A stretch of DNA of 64,000 nt, taken from Octopus bimaculoides. Its lineage: Eukaryota. Position 1 is the stretch's first letter. Each line of letters begins with the position of its first letter. The position numbers were made by a program, and so were the translations under genes. A model generated the notes under the pieces. It had not been told where the DNA came from. It searched no databases and was given only the letters and a program-made list of their open reading frames with translations. This document shows positions 1 to 10,640 of this stretch, one piece after another. The stretch lies in the NCBI RefSeq assembly GCF_001194135.2, contig NC_068987.1, positions 105,550,059-105,614,058 on the forward strand, read 5' to 3'.

Positions 1-36
<36 letters not shown>

Positions 37-386
37 TTATCCACTCCTGTATCCTGGTAGTAAATACTCTTTTTTTCTATTGCATATTACATGTTTCAAA
101 TTTGTAATTAATCGTTTATATTATAAAAAGAAGTCCTTTCTTAACGTTCTAACGCAATGAACTTACACCTACATAGTTGATTTCACGGTTAATTTTATTT
201 GGTACTAGCTTAAAAGCCGTACTCTTTACAAACTTTTAAACTAGCTCCTGCGGAGAGTAATTGAGCTTTCAGCTCAAAACTAAAGGGAGCTGAATAGCAT
301 GACTATAATACGTGGATAATGACTATTTGCCCTGGTGGTGTTTGATCAGAGGTTAAGGACGGATGAGAATTAATTCTCTAATGCAG

Positions 387-1300
387 TCATTCTATTGTTC
401 CAGTCTCAAGTTGAATCCCAGCTGTTGACCAATTTGTCCCAAAGTTCTTATCTCGATGTAAAATGTCATTTATCTCCCCCTTGATCTCTGACGTCATCTG
501 ACAAACGCCAACCAAGACAGGTTGAATCAGCCTAGGTTTGCCTGCTAGAAATAGAAACCCGAATTCTTCTAAATCAGATTCTAATGCTGGATATTCAAGA
601 ACAAAAATGAAGGGCAGGTTTTCAATCCCGGAATCATCCAGATTCCAGAATGTTATAACATGTCTATGTAGAAAAAATATAGACCGAGATAGAGGGGTCC
701 CAGACAGACAGAATTTCGCGTTTATTATTATAGATGACAGAACACCTGTAGAAGGATCATCAGTAGCATATATAAGGTATTTCACCACCATTGTGGAGGC
801 GAAGTCACAACTTACATCTTGTTATACAAAGGTGTACTGCTTTGATTAGATTTTAAATTGATTCTCAGTAGTATTTCTCGATACGGAATTGAGCCTGCAT
901 CTAGATACATTATTTCTCTATAGGAGATATTAACTTATTCACTCGTAAGATGGAATCATCCAAAACTGGGTTGTTCTAATATTATAAAAGAAAGATATCT
1001 TGTTGCATTTTTGTTTCTATAGATATCTTTTATATACCGCTGCATATTGATGTAAAGTCGGTCAAGTTTACAATATAGAACTTAATGTAGCCTTACCTTT
1101 TCCTGTTGGTCTTTGTTGTAAAAATATATGGTAGTATTTTTTTTTTATAGCACCCCAACGAACATATTTGAACATTTCCATTCCGTATATTGATGGCTTT
1201 TAAACGAACTCTATATATTTGCAATTCATATCTTTATCAATGTATGCTTTGAAAAAATTTTTTTCTGCACTTGCAGTGTAACATGTGCCAGTTTTATAGA
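387..1300 (-). pseudogene. Decayed, frameshifted coding relic with a P-loop-like motif; possible SF3 helicase (CRESS Rep-like or D5-like) of viral origin
   Basis: Manual minus-strand translation gives IYFLQQRPTGKGKATLSSIL (Walker A-like, ~1085-1130), NNPVLDDS (~950-975), FRIEK and LCITRCK (~820-890) and, in another frame, SPPQWW (~785-805). These pieces are spread over three frames with stops. A 134-aa stop-free frame follows (387-791). Confidence 0.35.
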
Positions 1301-2084
1301 ACACGTGACCAACTGTATGTATCTCCTATGAACTATTAGTGTATAACTTGTGTGTAATTTATATGAACCATTTTTATATAGCACAGAACCTGATGTCTGT
1401 ATTTCATATGAACCATTTTCCATATAATTCGTGAACTGTGTATATTGCTTTGAACTGCTCTGTTTATATTGGAATTATAGTTTTTATATAGCCTTCAGCT
1501 ATTGTTTAATGTTACATTCAATAACATTAATCGTACTGTATAGACCTAGCGGGCTATAAATTACAGGTGGGGAAAATGTAGAAATAGACATTTCAGCGTA
1601 TAGATAGAACTGAATTACACTAGTTGTCTTCTCTGTGCAATCAAAATGTTTTATTCTCTACGCATTAAAATACCTCCTCCACCCAATAACTACGTCACAT
1701 GAACTATAATTGAACCGGATATACCTTACACGCCCATAACAATTTGAACTTTTTATTGTATTTCTTCTATATATTATTTCGCATGCTTTTATTTTGTTCG
1801 TATTTTTGCCTGTCAGTATATATGTATCTACACCATATTACTATTATTACTATATTTTATATTACTACAGATTATTAAATTATAGTTAAGACTAGAACAT
1901 TTGAATTTAGATGTGAAATAGTGCTTGCTGTTATGTTATGTTTATTTTCATTCTGTAATGGATGAAAGTTTTATATTGGATTTTATCAGATGTTTTATTT
2001 CTATTAGAATGTATCAATTAGCTATAATTTTCTGTATTAACAATTTCTAAAAATTACGTGAACAGTGAGCTGTGTTTAATAATG

Positions 2085-2299
2085 GCTTCAAAATTTGACA
2101 CGAGGTCAGTGATTTCGGTGAAGGAGGTAAGTCGATTGCAGCGATCCCAGTGCTCAAGTGGTACTTATTTTATCAACCCCGAAAGGATGAAAGGCAAAGT
2201 CGACCTCAGCAGAATTTGAACTCAGAACGTAGCAGCAGACGAAATGCTGCTAAGCATTTCGCCCGGCGTACGAACGACTCTGCCAGCTCGACGCCTAAA
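2085..2299 (-). mobile_element. SINE family A copy with 15-bp target-site duplication
   Basis: Shares the body GTCGACCTCAGCAGAATTTGAACTCAGAACG...GCTAAGCATTTCGCCCGGCG...GCCAGCTCG with more than 15 copies in the window. Direct repeat CTGTGTTTAATAATG at 2070-2084 and 2300-2314. Confidence 0.9.
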
Positions 2300-3260
2300 C
2301 TGTGTTTAATAATGATTAAACTAATGGCCGAGTGAGCATATTTACTAATATGATTTTCTGGATGTAATACTAACAGTTAGCAGCTGATTTCTCGATCGAG
2401 TCCAGCAAAGTATACTACATTATTTCGGTTGCAGTAGGCAGTTTTGAACTCTGAACAGATACTACAAAGTATTTCATCCGTTTCTCTAATAATTTCACTA
2501 ATCCACAATCTTGGAGAGGTACTTTATTTATCGATCCCAGAATGCTGAAAGATGATAACCGTAAGCAGTTGGAATAAATGCCACGCATCATTCTAAGCGA
2601 TGCTCAAACGACTCTGCAAATTCGCCTCATTTTTATATAATTACATATAATTGCAAATAATAAAGTACTGATAAATTTATTTTGATTCAATATTATAGAT
2701 AATATTTATAGAATATTTATTTATTAATTAATACTTTACTTCCAAAGCTGAATTATTGTAATAACTGGAAGTATTTATTTCTTTTTTAATATTACAAATC
2801 TATTAGATTCTATAAGAATATCAAATACTTTAATAAATTTCATTTAGATTGTATTAAAAAATTGTATTTATTTACCAAGGCATTTTAGCTAGTAAATTAA
2901 ATCAATTTGATGTATTAATAATGCACACACTAATTATTATGGAACATTTTCTTGCAAGAGATTCAATAATGAAAACTGTCTGTCGACTATATGTTGACAG
3001 AATAATATAGAAAGACAGCGAGAAATGTTCTAATGTAGTTGATTTACAGTATTATTAAAGTATGTTTTGTTATTTTCAGAAATAATCGGCATTTAAGTTT
3101 TTAATTACCTATTTCTTATACATTGAGGTTGTAATATGTACGGGTTTACTTTAAATTGATGTAATCAATGTAAATTGAATTATTTGCGGTCGACATTTGT
3201 ATGTCATTTAGAGCAAATATATTTTTGTGTATACTCATTTCTCTTTTAATCTATAATTGC

Positions 3261-3315
<55 letters not shown>

Positions 3316-3841
3316 ATATATATAATCTATTTTTGATATATCATTTTTTTCCTTTATTGTTTTACTTAGGATTGATCCGATTTATCTTTAATTAAATTGT
3401 ACGGCCGGATGTTTGTTTTCCGATATCTCTAATTGAATAACTATCTAGAAATATATTGAATATTTTCAGTTATTGAATATTAAATATTCTTGATTATTTC
3501 TATATCCGTTTATTTAACACAGTTTATTTATTCAACGTACGTGCATACATGTGGTTGTAAACAAAGACATATAGTTGCAGAAATAATTTTCGAACTAATC
3601 TCACATCATATAGCATTTATATTGTTTAATTCTCTACTAATGTGCGTCTTAGTTACATTCACAGATTGCATTTCACAAATTTGAAATGAAGGTTTCTGTC
3701 CAAACTGTCTGCTAAATTTCCTTACAACACGTTTAATTCATATATGATATAATGATTGCCTGACAAGGATTACCCAAAATTTAGTTTTGATTGGAACTCT
3801 ATAGTAGTGTTTATATTCTGGAAGACCTATTCTGGAAGAGT

Positions 3842-4078
3842 GGAGGCGCAATGGCCCAGTGGTTAGGGCAGTGGACTCGTGGTCATAGGATCGCGGTTTC
3901 GATTCCCACACCGGGCGTTGTGAGTGTTTATTGGGCGAAAACACCTAAAGCTCCACGAGGCTCCGGCAGGGGATGGTGGCGAACCCTGCTGTACTCTTTC
4001 ATCACAACTTTCTCTCACTCTTACTTCCTGTTTCTGTTGTGCCTGTAATTCAAAGGGTCAGCCTTGTCACACTGTGTC
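3842..4078 (+). mobile_element. tRNA-derived SINE family D, 3' part lost in an assembly gap
   Basis: Pol III A-box-like TGGCCCAGTGG (3852-3862) and B-box-like GGTTTCGATTCC (3895-3906). Nearly identical to the full copy at 57272-57660. Confidence 0.9.
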
Positions 4079-4439
4079 NNNNNNNNNNNNNNNNNNNNNN
4101 NNNNNNNNNNNNNNNNNNNNNNNNNNNNNNNNNNNNNNNNNNNNNNNNNNNNNNNNNNNNNNNNNNNNNNNNNNNNNNNNNNNNNNNNNNNNNNNNNNNN
4201 NNNNNNNNNNNNNNNNNNNNNNNNNNNNNNNNNNNNNNNNNNNNNNNNNNNNNNNNNNNNNNNNNNNNNNNNNNNNNNNNNNNNNNNNNNNNNNNNNNNN
4301 NNNNNNNNNNNNNNNNNNNNNNNNNNNNNNNNNNNNNNNNNNNNNNNNNNNNNNNNNNNNNNNNNNNNNNNNNNNNNNNNNNNNNNNNNNNNNNNNNNNN
4401 NNNNNNNNNNNNNNNNNNNNNNNNNNNNNNNNNNNNNNN

Positions 4440-4482
<43 letters not shown>

Positions 4483-4539
4483 AAGGAAATATGGATGCTA
4501 TTTCTGAGAAGTAAAGCAATAACGTAGACACCCATTGTA

Positions 4540-4935
4540 GACAAGTTATTGCTGTTTTAGCTCCAGGTCAACTCTGATCAGACCTAATTAAAACCAGTTA
4601 ACCTACACAGCTAACTCTCTCTGTAATAGCCAGTAGCGTTGTAACTTCTCATTTCCTCTAACCATTAAATACATGGGTATTGACAGTTAAAGGATACCAA
4701 TATAATATGATTCAACGATGGGGAGAAACTTTGTCTCTCCACCTGTTAGAAATATCAACGAAATATCACTCAAGCAGCATAGCATCATCTTAAAATACTT
4801 CTTGTTTTATGTAGTTTCAACTACACTACGTGTTGATGGTAAGGTCACGGCTGGGATACTTTTGGTCATAAGTTTGTGATTGAGGAAATTTATGAGCGTA
4901 AGTTTGTGTGATCGGAGCTAATCGGAGCTAAATAT
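4540..4935. repeat. Degenerate interspersed repeat (family C), pieces in both orientations
   Basis: Motifs GTTTAGC(T/C)CCAGGTCA..CTGATC and GGTCACGGCTGG...TTTGGTCATAAG recur at ~9140-9330 and ~13385-13440. Confidence 0.45.
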
Positions 4936-5189
4936 CAAAACCACAACCACCAATACGATGGCATCGCATACAACGACCAAAAGAGCGATCACAATTATGC
5001 TTTCTAACTTTAGGACTAGTTCATACGTTAAAAATGAGTGGAATTACATTAGTGTTAGTCATAATATTAAGTGTTGACGTAGACGGATGTTCCTAAAAAG
5101 TGCTTCGCAGTGACTGCAAATTTTGACCAGATATGTTTAGGAAAAAGTTTTTGTTCTTTTTAACTTGAAAGAATTTCGAAACACTAAGA

Positions 5190-6200
5190 CATCCACACCA
5201 TGAACGAGACGAGAAGAGTATGTCTAGAGACTAGGCTAGAAGAAGAATGTATCGAGACTAGAAAAAGAATGTTTTGCATTATTGAAATGTTTAAGAAATT
5301 TGAAATTTAACCGTTGCAAGATGTTTGCTTCAGAAGTAACAGAATACGGTGGTAACATCAAATTGTTTATGAGATACATGCATAGTAAAAACACACGAAA
5401 GTATTGAAAGTACAGAAGAACTGAAGGAAAAGAAAACACATTTGTTAGCGTTATGGAAAAAAATGGTGTGACCTGATTTGAACCAGTACAAAGTTAGAGA
5501 TTTCGTAAGGTGTATCCAACGAAACTACGCAGGGAGAGCAAGAAGTAGGTGAATTAGATTCTAATCGATGTACTGCAGGACCTACGCCCTATTGTATGGG
5601 GGAAACGAATATAAGAAGCAAGTGCTAGTTTTTAAAACCAAAGACGAGACGTGATGGTGAATAAAGCTGGTGTACAACATTCTTTCTCGATAGACTGTTA
5701 CTACAGTGCATAGGATTCAGAATTATTAAGATCATGTTAACTAGAAATATTAGTAAGCTCCGACCTTTGTCACTTTTACGCAACATGACGGGCATGCGGT
5801 AAAAGAAGTGATTCAGAATAGCATATAGACGAGTGGGGTCTCAGGGGACATGAAAATTTTAGGATCCTGAATACCACAAGACCATAGTAATGCTGTTTTA
5901 CATTCGTGGGACAAAGAGGAGCTCACTCGTGGTTGTGGTTCGGATCTAAAAGCCCGGTTGCTGGATGTATGGGAGTAAGAACCACTTAAGAAAAAGACAT
6001 TTGTTAAATGGCAGCGAATGCCAAAACAGCAACAATAATCCAAAGAGATGAAGTACTTCGTTGCTGCTGCCGCTGACTCTGAAGTACCTTACACCTCAAC
6101 TCTAGGAACGGTTAGTGCCAAAACCAAGAAACCCGCCCAGAATCCAATGTTGGTTAAGAAAAGGAGTAGCAGTGTACCCATTGCTGCTTCTTGATGTGAC
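5190..6200 (+). mobile_element. Decayed ORF1-like region (zinc-knuckle remnant) of a non-LTR retrotransposon
   Basis: Stop- and frameshift-ridden frames; LCHFYAT/GHAVKEV resembles CX2CX4HX4C (~5765-5810). Loose similarity to the ORF1 relic at 60380-61000. Confidence 0.3.
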
Positions 6201-6868
6201 TAATTGCACTTTTTATGTTTTATATCGTTCCTTCGATTATCTCCACAAGGTGTTTTACAGAGCCATATCATAAGCTCACCAAACGTTTTAATCTTGCTCT
6301 CGCTAAGGGTATCTATCTCAGTCAATAGAAACATGCCAAAATGTGTCCAGACTACAAGAATTTATCTCGGGTCTGATCCCTCGACCTCACTTTCAAGTGC
6401 AATGGATCGAAAATAAATAACCATTTCCTATATATATACAATTATAAACAAGAGCAAAAGAAAAATATTTCTATGCCAATATGCTGAGAATAGACTTTAA
6501 ATCGTCAATCACCACATTACAATATACATTCACTATGAATATATGTCGTGCTGAAATTGAGGAAGGCAAGCTAACAATTTGTTTTTTCTTAAAACTCCTT
6601 ATCTCTATATTGAATCAATTTCGGGATTAATCCCGCGGACTTTTCCCTCTTCAATAGAGAATACGATAAGAAATAAATGAAATACTTACAAGCACCCATG
6701 GAAAAAAAGCAGAAGCAAGAATCATGAATACACATAAGTACCCCAGTTATATCTAAACGTAAAATCCTTTAGCAAGCCCCAGCACACGTGTGACCGGTCA
6801 CGAACCACAACTTTGAGTGGTTACCAGTCCCGAAGTGAGTGGTAATAAATTTACTTCTAATATTAGAA

Positions 6869-6907
<39 letters not shown>

Positions 6908-7060
6908 AACGTACAATCAATAACAATCAGAAACACCTATATGCATACGTTCATATATAAAAGTATGCGCCCACATATTTCTATACGTATGCATGCATAT
7001 TTACGTGTAATAGCTATGTAAGTATGTATGTACATATGCTGAATTTTGCAATCTCTAATT

Positions 7061-7150
7061 AAAGCCGCGTATGAAATCGATCTCGGCAGAATTCGAACTC
7101 ATTGCTAAGCATTTTGTCCGGCGTACTAACGATTCTGACAGCTTGCCATC
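7061..7150 (-). mobile_element. SINE family A, internally deleted copy
   Basis: CTCGGCAGAATTCGAACTC...GCTAAGCATTTTGTCCGGCG...ACGATTCTGACAGC matches the other family A copies. Confidence 0.75.
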
Positions 7151-7736
7151 TTAAGTTAATATAATAGAATAATACTATGTAACTTGTATTGAGAGCTTTC
7201 TCTTTCTTTGACAAGGTAGAATATTCGTGCATAATATATATATATATACATATATATATATACACACATATATATATATATATACATACGCACAAACACA
7301 GAATGTCACATTCTGACACACACAAACTCACGCAAGCATACATACTCACACGCATACACATTTCCAAAAGTGACACACGTATTTAAACATACGTGTACAC
7401 ACATACACAAGCAGCGTATAATCGCAACGATTAATCTTGTCTCGCGCTGAGTCAAGATAAGAATATATTTAAATATCGAAAACTATTTTGGCGCAGGGGC
7501 AAAAATATAGTCATTGTATTTGGGGGTGGAAAGGTACCGATGGAAGAGGTAAGCTATCCGAAGTGGTGTCTCTGTAATGTGTGTGTTGGTGGCGGAGTCG
7601 TAATAATATTATTTGCTTTATTTTTTATTAGATACTTTTAAAGTAGATGTTTATTCGCTTTGTCTTAGTGATTTTTGTATGTTTTTTGCTTTAGGTGGGC
7701 GCAGTCTTTTAGTGGCTGATTATTGTTTTAAAACAC

Positions 7737-7770
<34 letters not shown>

Positions 7771-7904
7771 GTTGTTGTTGTTTTATTACTATATCTGTTG
7801 ATTTTCTTGTTCTGCTATTTACGTATGGAGGGGATTTAGGTTTTCTTTGTTTGCGTGCACTTGTGTTTATGTGCGTGTATGTATGAATACATATGCACAC
7901 ATAC

Positions 7905-7966
<62 letters not shown>

Positions 7967-9579
7967 ATGTGTGTGTGTGTGTGTGCGTGTGTGTGTGTGT
8001 GTAAGTATGTAATACATAGCGCTTATCTATGTATATATTCATATTATATATAAGCTTACACACACACACACACATATATATATAAATATACACGCACGCA
8101 CATGTATATACATAAGCGTTTATATANNNNNNNNNNNNNNNNNNNNNNNNNNNNNNNNNNNNNNNNNNNNNNNNNNNNNNNNNNNNNNNNNNNNNNNNNN
8201 NNNNNNNNNNNNNNNNNNNNNNNNNNNNNNNNNNNNNNNNNNNNNNNNNNNNNNNNNNNNNNNNNNNNNNNNNNNNNNNNNNNNNNNNNNNNNNNNNNNN
8301 NNNNNNNNNNNNNNNNNNNNNNNNNNNNNNNNNNNNNNNNNNNNNNNNNNNNTATATATATATATATATATATATATATACGTATATATACACACACCTA
8401 CATACGTACAAACACAAACACATACATAGACACGTGTGTGAACTTATTTATACAAGCACACATAAAACATGATTGTTCTGATTAATATTCTTGCGTTAAA
8501 AGGAAGCAGATTAGAAAAAAAAAACCTATAGGACAGAAGAAACAACATCAACAACAATAACATAAATTACACATTTTTCTCTTTTAGTCTGAAAAAGTTT
8601 TATCGAACTTTCTAGATTTCTAGAATTAACTTATTCTTATTTGTCGTTTGCTGACTTAGATGTGATTGACTAACTTATTGCTAAAATTGATTTCTTTTGA
8701 TTATCGACAAAGTCTAATATTTATTATTTGTTTTAAAGAGAAAGAAATGTTGTTGAATGAAACCTCGGCAGTATATTAAGGGTAGTTATTTTCAGCCATC
8801 AGAGAGGGAAGGCTCTATGTGGCTGTTCGATCTTCTAGAAATAACAGCGAAAATTTCCCCTGAAGTCAACGTTTTAATGATAAATTAGACTATATTGGAC
8901 AAAGCAGTATTTGATACACAAAGCCTGTAGTAAATAAGTATACAAGAGAGGAATGTTTTTCCAGATAGCTCATGATCAGGAAGCTTCTTCAATGATGCTG
9001 AGGTGGGGTTAAACGAAATAATGTAAAGAACAGATTCTACTTTCGTCATTTCAAAAACGTAGACCTCAGCAAGGTCCGAGCTCAGAATAATGAAATACAA
9101 AGCAAACTAGATCCCGTAATGTATCTCGCTTTGTATCTTTTGTTGTTTAGCCTTAACTCTGTCTCAGTTCAGTAGATCTATGATCAAACGCTTTCCAGCT
9201 GTGGCCATCCTGTCTTTTCAGGGATACGTATGAATGCATTATCTAATGTATCCTTATATTAAAACTAAATAACAACTGTAGTGTGTAAATTGAGAGAGAT
9301 TTGGCAGCTATTTTATGCAGATCGAGAAAACACATAGACGATCCCTCTGTTGCTGTCAATTCCGGTTCACTAGATTTACGTTGAAAGGCGTTACACCATG
9401 GCGATGACAGTCTTTTGGCACCTCAGGGACTAAACTGTTTAACGTACTTTTCTATGTTTAATATAGTAGGGTGTTGAGGTAAACTTAATTACCATTTATA
9501 ACCACTCGAACGATACCGGCATAGAGGCTCTCTTCGTTTATCTTGTTCATTTTACTGTTCATTACTGACAAGTTTGTCT

Positions 9580-9802
9580 TACTCTTTTACTTGTTTTAGT
9601 CATTTGATTGTGGCCATGCTGGGGCACCGCCTTTAGTCGAGAAAATCGACCCCAGGACTTATTCTTTGGAAGCCTAGTACTTATTCTATCGGTCTTTTTT
9701 GCCGAACCGCTATGTTACGGGGGACGTAAACACACCAGCATCGGTTGTCAAGCGATGTTGGGTGGACAAACACAGAAACACAATCACACACACACACACA
9801 CA
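9580..9802 (-). mobile_element. SINE family B, 3' half (head lost in gap)
   Basis: Collinear with 20410-20640 and with the reverse complement of 42990-43188 (CATGCTGGGGCACCGCCTTTAGTCGA...CTAGTACTTATTCTATCGGTC). Confidence 0.9.
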
Positions 9803-10149
9803 NNNNNNNNNNNNNNNNNNNNNNNNNNNNNNNNNNNNNNNNNNNNNNNNNNNNNNNNNNNNNNNNNNNNNNNNNNNNNNNNNNNNNNNNNNNNNNNNNN
9901 NNNNNNNNNNNNNNNNNNNNNNNNNNNNNNNNNNNNNNNNNNNNNNNNNNNNNNNNNNNNNNNNNNNNNNNNNNNNNNNNNNNNNNNNNNNNNNNNNNNN
10001 NNNNNNNNNNNNNNNNNNNNNNNNNNNNNNNNNNNNNNNNNNNNNNNNNNNNNNNNNNNNNNNNNNNNNNNNNNGGACTTCATTTTACATACATACATAT
10101 ACACACATGTCAGTCAGTGTAATGCAATTGGTGTTCTTTACTTTGGGTT

Positions 10150-10640
10150 AGCTTTAATCGTGTTAATTCACGATTCAAAGGCGTTTCAGTCGTCAATAAT
10201 CCGTCGTTTGTTTCTAGATATAGTGTAGGTCTTAGGTCAGGTTATCCAACGTGTATATATATCCACGTCTTTTTTTCAGACGACCGGATGTGACATAAGA
10301 GAAATTTGGATGTCTTCAGGCTGTCACACACCACGTAGGGACATCTTCCCTCAAGTATTCCTTACTCTTTTTCTTCTTCTTTCCGCATATGTCGTGTCCA
10401 CTTACCCCTTCCAGGCAACACACCGATAACTTCTCTCAGGACTTGCTCTCTGTTCGTCAATCTTCTGGAATACATTTCTTGTCCATGCTTTTCATGCAAT
10501 TATCAAATTGAAGCTGTTCAGAAGAGAGAAAGATCAACTGTGTAGATCTCCCTGGTATCAGAGGACCTACAAAGACCAAAGGCAATGCTCCTCCAACACA
10601 CCTAAAATATTACACCCCTCGCGTTTCACATATCCATGTA
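10150..10640 (-). mobile_element. RTE-clade LINE, decayed 3' fragment
   Basis: Minus-strand translation shows degraded RTE C-terminal motifs (EKLSVCCLEGVSGHDI, SGRLKKR resembling the LRWxGH / RGRP region); many stops. Confidence 0.45.

Noticed and set aside
3842-3915. tRNA genes at the SINE heads (also 32586, 42768, 57274)
   Set aside because: A and B boxes are present, but I could not form a proper cloverleaf with an acceptor stem, and each head continues into a SINE body.
3924-4544. Long ORFs spanning N-runs (also at ~8.1, 9.7, 15, 28.4, 40.5 and 51 kb)
   Set aside because: They are open only because N codons contain no stops; the flanks are SINE or SSR sequence.
6048-6194. 48-aa frame MKYFVAAAADSEVP...KKRSSSVPIAAS as a terminal exon
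   Set aside because: An in-frame stop lies just upstream, there is no good acceptor, and it is continuous with a decayed TE-like frame.
7420-7720. Possible promoter/first exon (TATA-like, GAG|GTAAGC donor near 7548, TTTAG|G acceptor near 7693)
   Set aside because: Short motifs of this kind are expected by chance; no coding or expression support.
7766-8485. HT/YI/CV-repeat ORFs here and throughout the window
   Set aside because: Translations of CA/TA/TG microsatellites.
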